Origin: Octopus sinensis
Lineage: Eukaryota
Assembly: GCF_006345805.1 (NCBI RefSeq)
Contig: NC_043019.1
Span: 28,643,360-28,707,359 of the forward strand
Direction of reading: 5' to 3'
DNA length: 64,000 nt
Numbering within the stretch: the stretch's first letter is position 1; each line of letters begins with the position of its first letter. The notes under the pieces are model-generated. The model had not been told where the DNA came from and did no database searches. It saw nothing but the letters and a program-made list of their open reading frames with translations. The position numbers were made by a program, and so were the translations under genes. Shown one piece after another: positions 12,399 through 25,203 of this stretch.

Positions 12399-12904
12399 CC
12401 TGCATGCATATATGGGTACAGGACATCAAAAAAACGTAGACAAAATGAGAAACGAGAACATAAAAAAAAAAAACGAACTTTTTTTCGAACAACGAAAAAA
12501 CAAACAGAGAAACGAAACATGCAACATAAAGAACATTCCCTTCATCGGTTGTCCCCTGTTTTATCTACACACACTGAAACTGGGCGATTGTCATTTGCGA
12601 CGAACTCGACAAGAAAAGTAAAATAATTTTCTTTGAAATGAAATAATTATACGCACTTGATCCAACAAAATGGTATTTATAAAATCTGCTTTTGTTTCCC
12701 CTTTGGAAAATATTCCTGATTTATTTTGTTATATATTTTGTTATAATAAACTGAGATATAAGAATTACTCAGGATAAAAACTATCAAAGGCATTTAACAC
12801 ATCGATACACATAGTTCGGTGTCCGGAAAAAAATCACAATTTTAACAGGGGGGGGGTATATTTTATTTAAATACTATAAACAGTTAATGAAATTAATTTT
12901 TGGT

Positions 12905-13272
12905 AGAAACGTTAGCACGCCGGGCGAAATGCTTAGCGGTATTTCGTCTGCGTTACGTTGTGAGTTCAAATTCCGCCGAGGTCGACTTTGCCTTTCATCC
13001 TTTCGGGGTCGATAAATTAAGTACCAGTTACGCACTGGGGTCGATGTAATTGACTTAATACCTATGTCTGTCCTTGCTTGTCCCCTCTATGTTTAGCCCC
13101 TTGTGGGTAATAAAGAAATAGGTATTTCGTCTGCCGTTACGTTCTGAGTTCAAGTTCTGCCGAGGTCGACTTTGCCTTTCATCTTTTCGGGGTCGATGTA
13201 ATCGACTTAATCCGTTTGCCTGTCCTTGTTTGTCCCTTCTGTGTTTAGCCCCTTGTGGGTAGTAAAGAAATA
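12905..13272 (+). mobile_element. SINE C dimer (young, CpG-intact)
   Basis: Near-consensus copy followed by a second body starting ggtatttcgtctgccgttacg. Confidence 0.9.
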
Positions 13273-13429
13273 GGTATTACACGTGTGTGTGTGTGGGGGG
13301 GGGAACCTTTTATTCAATTTCTTAAAGTAACAATAAGTCATTTATTAACAATAACTGATTGAAAACACCTAACATAGTGTTGTGACATTACGTGTATATT
13401 CAATATTTTTTAAACTGATGTCTAAGGTG

Positions 13430-14290
13430 AATTATTCCAGCCGACACCCTATAAACTCTACCCACCATCTTGTTCTCCCGTCGAGCAAACAACTTATGAA
13501 GCTGTTGACGAACTCTTCTTTGAAGTGGGCCAGATCTGCTGGATAATTAAGCTCACTTTTTTTATGACTTTTTTTTTTCCTTTGGAGATTGAAAATACCT
13601 AACATAATTGAAGCATTACATGTATATTCAATATTTTCAATGTTGATGGCTGAGACGAATATTTCAGCTGACACCACAAATAAATTCTGCCATTATCTCA
13701 TGGTTCTCCCATCAAGCAAAACGAGTTACGACTTCTGAACTTTTTTCCTTGAATTCCATAGTACATACATCTCTCAAAAAGTTTGCACCAGTTAACTATT
13801 GCTTCTCTAGCGACATCGACTTGATAGCAACATATTGTTTGCAACCAACTGCTTGCCCATTGGCTCTACAAGGCAAAGCAATGGGACACGAGGCTTTGAG
13901 GCATATCTACACGAGTGTACCTTCCCCCGATTTGTTTCCTCATAAATTTCACTAAAGAGGGGTATTTTTTTAATGAAATTTTCCACAATATACATTTTAC
14001 ATGGTGTAGATTAACGTTTATATTAGAGTTTAATGTAGAATAAAAACTAAAAGATTAAATTAGTACTCACGCACACACACGTACGTGTACGTACGTACAT
14101 ACATGCATACATACATTTGGAAAAATTGGGCCACCTCGGAACTCTCTGCATTTAATAAAACAGTGGACCACAATGTATTTGCAGTGTCAGTACTCATACC
14201 AACATTTAGGCTGCTTCGTTGGACGCTTGATGAGATCCAAGCCATTAATGTGAAACCCGGAAAATACTCAGAACTGAACAATCTCTGCTA
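13430..14290 (-). pseudogene. Possible decayed Merlin/IS1016-like transposase fragments
   Basis: Minus-strand peptides YQVDVAREAIVNWCKLF and LDLIKRPTKQPKC recall Merlin N-terminal motifs from memory; heavily disrupted. Confidence 0.25.
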
Positions 14291-14564
14291 AATTTCAAGC
14301 CAACGACAGAGCCTTTAAACAGTCGCTCGACTTGCTAGAAATAGCAGCCAAATTTCCCTCCATGTCACATTCCTATGATTTTAAAAAGTGCAAATTGAAT
14401 AATGTAATCGGAGCGTGAATGCCTTTGATTACAAGTCTACTTGATACATGACTGATGTGTGCTCAATAGAAAGAGAGCTAACGACAGTATACAAGTTTGC
14501 GGTTAAATTACTTGCATGGTAATTCAGAGAGCAGACAATTCAGTTGCTAAAACAACTGAATATT

Positions 14565-14737
14565 CAAGGTTTAACGCAATCATGGACTAACCACGGCCCG
14601 CGGGATTTTCTGAATGGCACACCAACGAAAAATTACTTGGATATTAATTTTTTTTTTCTTTTTTCACTTGTGCGATCCGCCTGCTGATGAGCCATTCTCG
14701 TGTGGGCCCACTTCTCGAAAAAGGTTGCTCACGCCTG
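14565..14737. mobile_element. hAT-like MITE (decayed)
   Basis: Internal cacggcccgcggg; 3' end aaaaaggttgctcacgcctg; no clear TSD. Confidence 0.5.
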
Positions 14738-15020
14738 GTTTAAAACCGACGGAAATCCACTTACTATACGGCTTAATCAAAAGCTTCAGCAAATCTCACA
14801 ATTGTAAAGTAGTAAAACAATGGAATTAGTTTTAAGGTGTGAAGAGGAATAGATTAAATATCGTCTGAAGGCATTAATACACTGGACAGTTTCCCGAGGG
14901 TCCTTCTACAGGTCAATGGGCCCTGTACTAATGTATGTAGGCTACGTTTTGCTGTCAATGAGTAAATACGGTTCCACGTTAACCTGCGTTCTAATTGGCT
15001 AGTTACACTTTAGCGTTCAG

Positions 15021-15128
15021 TCTAACCCTAATTCTAACCTGATCCTAAACCCCTATCCTAAACTTTAGCCCTAATCCTTTGCCCTAAACTTTAACCCTAA
15101 CACTAAATCCTGACCTTAACCTAACCCC
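15021..15128. repeat. Degenerate (CCCTAA)n telomere-like tract
   Basis: tctaaccctaattctaacc..ttaaccctaacactaa..ttaacctaacccc. Confidence 0.7.
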
Positions 15129-15444
15129 CAGATCAGGTTATTTCCCAGTGTAAGACTTTAGATACTGCGATAGACCGCACGTTAAAGTGGGACCATAAAT
15201 ACTATAGAACCTAGCGCACTGATTTTCCAGGGGACCTGGTGTGCTGCTAAGACAATCCTATAAGAGAGAGAGAGAGAGAAAGAGAGAGCGCTAACGTTTC
15301 GGAGAAAAACAATGAAAGTTCAGTTACTCAGGATGCAAGAAGGAAAGGAAATGATAAAGGTTAAGAGAAGTTATTTGTATTTGGTTCGCGATTTTCACTT
15401 AGCCACTGTTTATGGCGTAAAGGTCAGTGTTTCTGATTTCTATA

Positions 15445-16215
15445 GGCGCAGGCGTGTCTGTGTGGTTAAGAAGCTTGCTTCTCAGCTATATGGTCTTGGT
15501 TTCAGTGGAGGCGCAATGGCCCAGTGGTTAGGGCAGCGGACTCGCGGTCGGAGGATCGCGGTTTCGATTCCCAGACCGAGCATTGTGAGTGTTTATTGAG
15601 CGAAAACACCTAAAGCTCCACGAGGCTCCGGCAGGGGGGTGGGGGGTGAACCCTGCTGTACTCTTTCACCACAACTTTCTCTCGCTCTTTCTTCCTGTTT
15701 CTCTTGTACCTGTATTTCAAAGGGCCAGCCTTGTCACATTCTGTGTGTCACGCTGAATCTCCTCGAGAACTACGTTAAGGGTACACGTGTCTGTGGAGTG
15801 CTCAGACACTTGCACGTTAATATCACGAGCAAGCTGTTCCGTTGATCGTATCAGCTGGGACCCTCATCGTCGCAACCGACGGAGTGCTCCTATATATCTA
15901 TATCTTGGGTTCAGTTCCACTGTGTGAAACCTTGGGTGTCTTCTAGTATAGCCCGGGGGTCGACCAAAAGTTTGTAAGTTTAGTAGACGGAAACTGAAAG
16001 AAGCCTGTCATATAAACAGATGAGTTTGTGTTTGTCCACCGCCACCGCTTAAAAATGGATGTTGGATTGTTTACGTAACTTAGCGGTTAGGCAAAAGAGA
16101 CCGACAGAATAAGTACCAGGCTTACAAATAAGTGCTGGAGGTTGATTTGTTCTCAACTCATTGGACTGTGGTCATGGTGGTTGTGCACCAGCATGACCGC
16201 AGCCCAAAGAGTTGA
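15445..16215 (+). mobile_element. SINE A/B split by a nested SINE D
   Basis: A breaks at tcttggtttcagt and resumes at tcttgggttcagt (target-site-like duplication). Confidence 0.75.
15507..15890 (+). mobile_element. SINE D, tail variant D2
   Basis: Head as in D1; tail gtacctgtatttcaaagggccagcc..gtcgtcgcaaccgacggagtgc. Confidence 0.9.
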
Positions 16216-16224
16216 AGCAAGTAA

Positions 16225-16570
16225 TCTTCTATATATATAAACGGCAAAATGCCTGTGTGTGTGTCCTTTATACAAATCCACAATTTTTCAGTTCGAGGGC
16301 TCGCACTTTCTATGGTCATTCAAAACCGTCCAAGGGTGGTCGTGCACATCTTTACATTTCCCCAGTCACCCCGCAAAGCCATTAAAAATATCAATAGAAG
16401 TGACTTTTTTGTGAATTTTCTATCCAAAACCCAATCAAAATGCCCGAAACTTGATACGCCAATTGAATGCCAGCTAGCTGTATGTGATTGGTCGGAGATT
16501 TGGACAGTACTCGCGTGTATGTGCGCACGCAGCTGTATATGCATGCACTAGCACTATGACCCGGCGTTCG
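16225..16570 (+). mobile_element. Non-autonomous Helitron-like element, family 1
   Basis: 5' TCTTCTATATATATAAA; near-identical to 33872-34235 in reverse; 3' hairpin truncated. Confidence 0.75.
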
Positions 16571-16667
16571 GATTGACAGGTTAGTATTTCAAGTCACAAA
16601 GTGCTTTCTTCATCGAAACAGCTGGGAGTTTTAGTGTTCATTTAATTACAAAACGTATGCAATGTCT

Positions 16668-17052
16668 TTTTCTACTCTAGGCACAAGGCCCGAAAATTTT
16701 GGAGGAGGGGGCTAGTCAATTAGATCGACCCAGTACGTAACTGGTACTTAATTTATCAACTCCGAAAGGATGAAAGGCAAAGTCGACCTCGGCGGAATTT
16801 GAACTCAGAACGTAAAGACAGACGAAATACCTATTTCTTTACTACCCACAAGGGGCTAAAAACACAGAGAGGACAGACAAACGGATTAAGTCGATTACAT
16901 CGACCCCAGTGCGTAACTGGTACTTATTTAATCGACCCCGAAAGGATGAAAGGCAAAGTCGACCTCGGCGGAATTTGAACTCAGAACGTAGCGGCAGACG
17001 AAATACCGCTAAATATTTCGCCCGGCTTACTAACAATTCTGCCAGCTCGCCG
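16668..17052 (-). mobile_element. SINE C dimer
   Basis: Two reverse copies, CpG intact. Confidence 0.9.
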
Positions 17053-17929
17053 CACAAAACGCATGCAATGTCATGACACAGAAGGAAGCATATTAGTTTC
17101 ATAAACTATAAAAGAAAACTCTGTGTGCGTGTTTATATATGCATACATACTTGTGGTGAAAATTTCCTATCAAAGTTATTTCAACACGAGTAAAGCGGAT
17201 CTTGTTTTGACTACCGACGAAGTCCGTCCAGACAGATAGACAGACATATATATGTCAGGTACAATTATATGATGTAGACTGTATCATGTTCTTAGCTGTT
17301 AGGGCGGTGAGGTGTTTAACAGCTGTAAATGCGTTGCAAAACGCCATGTTACCAGTTTGACGAATTGACGATGAAATTGCAGGACTATGTACTTGTGGTA
17401 TAAGAAAGATTTATTACAAAAATTTGGTGATTTAAATCGGCACCGATTAAATTCGTTCATTGTGTACGGGTAGCATTTGTACAAATGTTTGTTATAATAT
17501 ATGTATGAATGCGTACGTAACAGGTAGGTAGCAGGCCAGCCATTGTAGTAAAGCTTATTGTTATTGTATTTTGTGTTGATGACGACCACGAAAGTATCTA
17601 GGGAAGGACGGCCTGGTCTATTGTGTTGGTGAATAGAGGCCTTATGTCTTTGTGTTGGAGAGACATATAAGCCGAAGATCAAATCGGTCCTCGGTTAAAA
17701 TGTTTCCCCTTGTGGGTGTATCGACAAGGTAAGAACACCAACTACCAGAAATGGCCTCTGTATGTCTGCTTATATTTGTGAAGCTAAGCAGATGATTAAA
17801 TGAGACAGAGGTCGAAAAGGCCGAACAGAACCTTACGACAATAAATCGTCTCTACCGCAGATAAAGCGTTAATAAGATTAATAACAAAAAAAAAAAAAAA
17901 AAGCAAGAGGAACCTCTCATCGTACATTG

Positions 17930-18590
17930 CGCATATCTCTTCCCCCTCCTGCTCCTGTTGCCTAACCCCACCTTGTCATCTTCCCGCCTCTCTCTCGTCT
18001 TCTTTACCCCGTCAACTGTATCATTATTATTCTATAGCTCTCCCCTCCACCAGCTTTTTTTTCAGCATCTCTATCTTCCCAACTCCTAACACATCAGTCA
18101 TCACCCTTCAACCCAACCCAACCCAACCCAACTTCTTTTACAGCTGCAGGCTGCTTCCCCATCCCCACACCGTCTTCTGTTCCCAACGCAATTTTGTTAC
18201 AGTTCCCATCCACCCCACTTCTGTTTACCCCGTGCATTCAAGAGCCACCCAGACACACCTCACCCATCCCTTCGCAGCTTCTAATAATTCTCTTGCTAAA
18301 TACGAATAACCATGCAGCTCTTCTCCAAGAACATTCTCCCATACCCTAACTCATCGTCCCCGAGCATAGAAACCGACCCCCACCTCCCTTCGGCGTTCGT
18401 AGCCTTGCAAAGTGCATAGCAACCCCAATAGTGGTTGGTGCTAGGAAGGGCATCTAGCCGCAGAAATCATGCCAAAGCAGACATTGGTGTACGATGTAAT
18501 CCTTGGACACTCAAGATCCTATCAAACTGCCCAAACTATACCCAGTATGGGACATGGACGTTAAATGATGATGACGATGATGATAATGAT
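17930..18590 (+). mobile_element. C-rich LINE relic ending in the RTE family-E 3' tail
   Basis: Ends gtggttggtgctaggaagggcatctagc..ggacgttaaatgatgatg. Confidence 0.55.
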
Positions 18591-18620
18591 AAGCACTATC
18601 CATTTTTGCCTTTTTACATA

Positions 18621-18769
18621 CCTTATATACTCGTGTAAAAGTCGAATTCTTTAGACCATTTTTAAGGTCAAATTTATAGGGTCGACTATTACATGGATAC
18701 TACTATTTTTTGGTCAAAAATAAGGGGTCGACCTTTACATGAGATCGACTATTACTCGAGTATATACGG
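18621..18769. mobile_element. Tc1/mariner (Tigger/pogo-like) MITE
   Basis: TIRs ccttatatactcgtgtaaaagtcga / tcgactattactcgagtatatacgg, TA flanks. Confidence 0.8.
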
Positions 18770-18829
18770 TATTTTAAAAATCTTTGTTAGTAACAAAGAT
18801 ACATCTACAAAGTATCCATTTATCTTAAA

Positions 18830-19341
18830 CTAGCAGTATCGCCCGGCGTTGCTCGGGTTTGTAAGGGAAATAACTATATAAGCATTTTTAGAGAGTTACT
18901 TCCCTTATAGATGTCAATTCGGGCTTTCTTAGCCATTTTTGTTTTGGTGTCTTCGAGCCATGAAGTCGTTGTTCTAAAAGAACGCTGGTCTCCTTCACAA
19001 CGCATTACGACGTTGATTTCTTTACACTCCCTTCCCCACAGCTTCACGAGGGAGGGAAGGGGGAGAAGCAAACAGGTGCAGCTGTGAGCGTGGACGCCAA
19101 CTCCGCCGCCATCGACACACGATGCATTTTATGCATTAAAATGGAATAAAAAATGATGTTAAATTATTTTTAAAATCGTAGACTCATCGTTGACGCGCGC
19201 TAATAGTCAGACGGGCTCGATATGAATCACGACTATAAGATACCCGAATTTGGTTAAACTGCACCGCAAAATGTGGGAGGAGTTAGGAATCTAAATCGAA
19301 GGGGACAGACACTCACACAACTAGAGTTTTATATATATAGA
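18830..19341 (-). mobile_element. Non-autonomous Helitron-like element, family 2
   Basis: Minus strand A|TCTATATATATAAAA ... cccgagcaacgccgggcg hairpin ..CTAG|T. Confidence 0.85.
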
Positions 19342-20375
19342 TTTACAATTTGGATATCTACAACAGTTAGAGAGGCCTTTGGTCACGCATTTATTTCTCT
19401 TACACCCCTATTTTCACACATATGAAATTGTGTGTGTACATGCGCGTGTGCATGCATGCATACATACATACATCATACATACATACATACATACATACAT
19501 CATACATACGTACGTACGTACATACACGCAAAATCTGTAAGTGGAACTGTAAAAATATGCAAGTCTTTCCTCAAGTCTAAAATGTGACGTTGTTTCTGTT
19601 ATCTCCATTCCAACAATGGAGCTTTGTATCTTTGTTAGAAACCAGCTCCTTTCTCGGAGGAAGAATTCAAATAATTAAAAACAGAAAATAACAAAGACAC
19701 ATACATGCGTACACACACATACATACACAATACAGAGTCATATCATAAGAAATCTTCCTATCTTTCCACCCATCTTAGAAGCTAATCTAACTCGTTACTG
19801 ACAATTCTCAGACGAAACAAAATGTATTTTGTTGGGCTGAATGTTTTTAATAAAACATACATAATTAGTTTGCTTTCTACGTTTAAATGTCATAAATATC
19901 TTGATATGGTAGCGGTAAATTTCCTAATGAAAATGCCGTAACTAAGACTTGAATTTCAAGTGAAAATGGTGTACCTCGAAATTTGGCACTTCGGGTACGT
20001 GCCTTATCAAGCACACTTTATTTATGTTACTGAATGTTATCGCCATAGACAAGCGTAACAAGGAAAATGGAACAAAAACACACATCGAGTCTACAATGAA
20101 TTTCTACCGAAATCGTTATATACGATCTAGAAAAAGATAATTATTATTGGCATATGTTCCGATGTTGGCGATAAACTCTGAACTAGTGAAATCAACGCTA
20201 ATTAATTCGCGCCAACGTGGGAGACTGGTTAAGGTCATTCGACCAGCCAAGAAATAGCAGCTCAAATATGTCAAAATTTACACAAAAATAGATTGTATGG
20301 TCTTGGGGTACCTTCGTTCTTATGTCCGCTGGATCAGGGCTGGCTTGGAGCTAATCGTTAACAATGAGTGGCTAT

Positions 20376-20760
20376 AGACGCAGGAGTGACTGCGTGGTGA
20401 GTAGCTTGCTTACCAACCACATGGTTCCGGGTTCAGTCCCACTGCGTGGCACCTTGGGCAAGTGTCTTCTACTGTAGCCTCGGGCCGACCAAAGCCTTGT
20501 GAGTGGATTTGGTGGATGGAAACTGAAAGAAGCCCGTCGTATATATATATATGTGTGTGTCTGTGTTTGCCCCCCACCACAACATCGCTTGACAACCGAT
20601 GCTGGCGTGTTTACGTCCCCGTAACTTAGCGGTTCGGCAAAAAACACCGATAGAATAAGTACTAGGCTTACAAAGAATAAGTCCTGGGGTCGATTTGGTC
20701 GACTAAAGGCGGTGCTCCAGCATGGCCGCAGTCAAACGACGGAAACAAGTAAAGAGTAAA
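20376..20760 (+). mobile_element. SINE A/B, near consensus
   Basis: Full A head, (TA)(TG) spacer, B module, gtaaagagtaaa tail. Confidence 0.92.
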
Positions 20761-20789
20761 TGACACAACTATTATTAACTCGAGTCAAT

Positions 20790-21180
20790 GAGAAAGCCCT
20801 CTACTAGGTTGATCGACTGAGAAGTAGCAACCCAATCCCCTCAAATTACATTCAAAAACAAAAGGAATCACATTAGATTATATAACCTAAGCTATGTAAT
20901 ACCCGAGAGAACAGGGTGGTCACCATTGGAATGCTTTTGAGCCCGTAGGCTACTCGATAAGCTCTCAACACAGTCGATCGACTAGCAATAAGTAGGAATG
21001 AAATCTCCCTTATTCTTTTAAAAAATGTGGGGACAGCACATTAGATGACGTCATCGAAGATACGTAATGCCCAAGAAAATAGGGTGATCTCCGTTGGAAG
21101 CCCTTGAGTCTTAACCGTGGGCTCATGATCTGAGGTGAGCTAAGGTTGCATGCTTAATAGTAACACCAACGCTATTTAAT
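20790..21180 (+). mobile_element. Two diverged tandem SINE F copies
   Basis: Repeated gtcgatcgact..aaatctccct..cacattagat..gagaacagggtg..ttggaa. Confidence 0.55.
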
Positions 21181-22044
21181 TTTGATTTGCAAACTCAGTT
21201 TTGCTCACAAATCTCATTGGTTTGTTCTTTTTCAACTGAAAGTATCGTTGAACAAAAAAGACGACGGAAAGGCGGTGAAAGTTCTTATCATATACGCTTC
21301 AAGTTTATACTTTTAAGATAATTCCATTTACAGAGCCACACAGCCAGATAATTAAAAAAAAAAGATCCTATGTACGTTTTTCTTTCTTTTTCTTTTTTTA
21401 AAGTTGGAACCGAAATGAATAATTAAAGTAATCTCTTATCTTACAATCTGTTTCCAACGTTACCGAAGTTTCCCAAAACTAGGTTACACTGACACAAGTT
21501 TTTATTATCTGCTACTAAATATATATTTAATGTCACTGTATACCAACTCAGTCGTTACATAAAAACTCGTTATATTTTGCATAATTTTTTTTTCTTCTTA
21601 CAAAGAGTCATCGATAAATTTTCAAAAGACAACCACATAAGAAATGTATAAAACACTTGCTTTTTTTTTCTTTGGTTAGGTACATTTTTTTTCTTCTTTA
21701 GTTATGCTTTTTTTTTACTAATTGTTGCGCATCATTAATATATGATTATTATTATCCTCCCATCCAGCTGCTCCGAGCTAGCCAGCGTTTATTACGTCAT
21801 CATATAGTCTTTGTCGTTTAATATCATTAACCCTTACTTCGTGTCATGTCGTTAAGCATCTCGAAACGAATATTTGATACGTTTTCTTACCAAGCCATAC
21901 GAAAATCGATATTAGCGAAACATATCAAAGAGCACAAAAACAACTAACGTGCGTGCAGACAAACTCACGTAATCGCGCGCGCACGCACAAATGCATCTGT
22001 GTGTGTGTGTGTGTGTCTGGTTTCTTTTATCCTTTTACGTGCTT

Positions 22045-22672
22045 TAGTCATTTGACTTGCGGCCATGCCGGAGCACCGCCTTAAAGTGTTTTTTTTTTAG
22101 TCGAAAAAAATCGACCCCAGAACTTATTCTTTGTAAAGCCTAGTACTTACTCTATCGGTCTCTTTTGCTGAACCGTTAAATTACGGGGACGTAAACACAC
22201 CAACATCAGTTGTCAAGTGATGGTAGTGGGGGAACAAAAACAATTACAAAGACACATATAAATACATACATACATATAAATATATTTATACAGCGGGCTT
22301 CTTTCGGTTTCTAATTTCTTTACTGCCCACAGAGGGCTAAACATAGAGGTGACAAACAAGGACAGACAAAGAGATTAATTCGATTACATCGAGCCCCAGT
22401 GCGTAACTGGTACTTATTTAATCGACCTCGAAAGGATGAAAGGCAAAGTCGACCTCGGTGGAATTTGAACTCAGAATGTAAAGACAGAGAAAATATTGCT
22501 AAGCATTACGCCCAGCGTGCTAACGTTTCTGCCAGCTCACCAAATCCACTCAAAGGCTTTGGTCAGCCCAAGGCTATAATAGAAGACACTTGCCCAAGGT
22601 GCCATGCAGTGGTACTGAACCCAGAACCGTGTGGTTGGGAAGCAAGCTACTTACCACACATCCACGCCTGCA
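22045..22672 (-). mobile_element. SINE A/B split by nested SINE C (22296-22538)
   Basis: A module breaks at ctttcggtttc and resumes at ccaaatccactcaaaggc. Confidence 0.8.
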
Positions 22673-23063
22673 CATATATATATCATCATAAGTCATCATC
22701 ATCATCATCCTTTAAAGTCCATTATCCATACTGGCATTGGTTGGACGGATTGACTCAACACAGAGTCCTACATCAAGTGCCTCAAGGAGGTAGTGCTACC
22801 CTGAGTCAAAAGGGTGGTTGCTGGAACACCCTATGTCTGGCAACAGGACTCTGCACCATGCCACACAAGCAGGAGAGCCCAGTCATGGCTGTTAGACAAT
22901 TTCTGTGACCACATCACCCCTAACATCTCGCCACCTAACACACCAGACTGCAACCCCCTTGATTATTATGTATGGGGTGCATTTGAACGAGAGACCAAGA
23001 AAACTCATTGTAACACCAAAGATGAAGTAAAGGAAAGGATTATGGCAGCATTTAAAATATTAC

Positions 23064-23470
23064 TCTTTACTCTTTACTGTTTTACTTGTTTCAGTCATTT
23101 GACTGTGGCCATGCTGGAGCACCGCCTTTAGTCGAGCAAACCGACCCCAGGACTTATTCTTTGTAAGCCCAATACTTATTCTATCGGTCTCTTTTGCCGA
23201 ACTGCTAAGTGACGGAGACGTAAACACACCAGCATCGGTTGTCAAGCATTGCTAGGGGGACAGACACAGACACACAAACACATACACTTATATATATATA
23301 TACATATATACGACAGGCTTCTTTCAGTTTCCGTGTACCAAATCCACTCACAAGGCATTGGTCGGCCCGGGGCTATAGCAGAAGACACTTGCCCAAGATG
23401 CCACGCAGTGGGACTGAACCCGGAACCGTGTGGTTGGTTAGCAAGCTACTTACCACACAGCCACTCCTAT
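23064..23470 (-). mobile_element. SINE A/B inserted in the maT transposase
   Basis: Near-consensus reverse copy. Confidence 0.9.
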
Positions 23471-23635
23471 ATTGTCTATATTACAAGACATGACCAACCT
23501 AAACAAGGAGACTGTCCAGAAGAGTTGCAGGAGATTCTCAAGTCATCTGGTGGCCGTGGTCGAAGCTAATGGCAATTTTATTTAATAAATTTACTCTTTA
23601 ATATTTCAAGATATTTTCATGTAATTTTTGTAAAT

Positions 23636-24100
23636 CATCATTGTTTAACATCCGCTTGCCATGGCGGTATGGGTTGGACGATTTAACTGAGGACTGGCGA
23701 ACTAGATGGCTGCTCCAGGCTCCAATCTGATCTGGCAGAGTTTCTACAGCTGGATGCCCTTCCTAATGCCAACCACTCTGAGAGTGTTGTGGGTGCTTTT
23801 ACACGCTACTGGCATGAGGGCCAATCAGGCAGTATTGGCAACGGCCATGCTCAAATGGTGTTTTTTAAGTGCCACCTGCACAGGAGCCAGTCCAGCAGCA
23901 CTGGCAACGACCTTGCTTGAATATTTTTTCACGTGCCACCGGCATAAGTGCCAGTTACGCGATGCTGGTAATGATCACACTCAAATGGTACTTTTTACAT
24001 GCCACCATCACGGAAGCCACTCAGCTGCTCTGGCAACGATCACGCTCGGATGGTGCTCTTAGCGCTCCACTAGCACGGATGCTAGGAGCACTAGCAATAT
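23636..24100 (-). mobile_element. RTE 3' UTR fragment (family E)
   Basis: (CAT)n tail then ggatgcccttcctaatgccaacc and several ggtgcttttacgtgccac-type units. Confidence 0.85.
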
Positions 24101-24171
24101 GTTTGTTAAAATGAGATATCAGTGTTATTTTCATTTTTGTGTAATTTAGACGAAAATTTATTCACCACACC

Positions 24172-24219
<48 letters not shown>

Positions 24220-24221
24220 AT

Positions 24222-24589
24222 GGAAGCACTCCGTCGGTTACGACGACGAGGGTTCCAGTTGATCCGATCAATGGAACAGCCTGCTCGTGAAATTAACGTG
24301 TAAGTGGCTGAGCACTCCACCGACATGTGTACCCCTTAATGTAGTTCTCGGGGATATTCAGCGTGACACACAGAGTGACAAGGCTGGCCCTTTGAAATAC
24401 AGGTACAACAGAAACAGGAAGTAATAGTGAGAGAAAGTTGTGGTGAAAGAGTACAGCAAGGATCACCACCATCCCTGCCAGAACTTCGTGGAGCTTTTAG
24501 GTGTTTTCGCTCAAGAAACACTCACAACGCCCGGTCTGGGAATCGAAACCGCGAGTCCGCTGCCCTAACCACTGGGCCATTGTGCCTCC
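24222..24589 (-). mobile_element. SINE D2
   Basis: Reverse complement of 15507-15890. Confidence 0.9.
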
Positions 24590-24848
24590 ACACATATATA
24601 TATATATATATATATACCAAATGATAAGAAGACAAAGAAAATTCTTTAACACATCTTTAATGATTCATTACAACCGTTTCTGTACCAACTTTATTTACAG
24701 TGCCAGTTTCCAAAAAAAGTCAAAGTAAAAATTTATGTAATGTTTGCAGTTTTAGACATTAGAGAGACAAACCTTATATATAAGTGTGTGTGTGTGTGTA
24801 TGTGTATATATTTGTTATGAGCAACAGAAACAGTATTAATTCATAATA

Positions 24849-25203
24849 GCAGTGGCTGTGTGGTAAGTAGCTTGCTTACGAACCACATGGTTCCGGGTTC
24901 AGTCGCATTGCGTGGCACCTTGGGCAAGTGTCTTCTACTATAGCCTTGGGCTGACCAAAGCCTTGTGAATGGATTTGGTAGACAGAAACTGAAAGAAGCC
25001 CTTCGTATATATGTGTGTATGTGTGTGAATATGTCTGTGTTTGTCCCCCCAACATCGCTTGGCAACCGAGTTAGCAGTTCAGCAAAAGATACCGATAGAA
25101 TAAGTACTAGGCTTACAAAGAATAAGTCCTGGGGTCGATTTGCTCGACTATAGGCGGTGCTCCAGCATGGCCACATTCAAATGACTGAAACAAGTAAAAG
25201 AGT
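24849..25203 (+). mobile_element. SINE A/B
   Basis: A and B modules; B has an internal deletion. Confidence 0.88.

Larger units (their letters stand above)
22752..24176 (+). mobile_element. Tc1/mariner DD37D (maT) transposon, 3' half, with nested insertions
   Basis: RLNTESYIKCLKEVVLP*VKRVVAGTPYVWQQDSAPCH..PDCNPLDYYVW (37 residues between the catalytic Ds); resumes TNLNKETVQKSCRRFSSHLVAVVEANG at ~23500; terminus caccacaccctg+TA at 24176. Confidence 0.85.

Noticed and set aside
17700-17735. First exon MFPLVGVSTR with AAG|gtaaga donor
   Set aside because: Single short signal with no downstream partner exon identified
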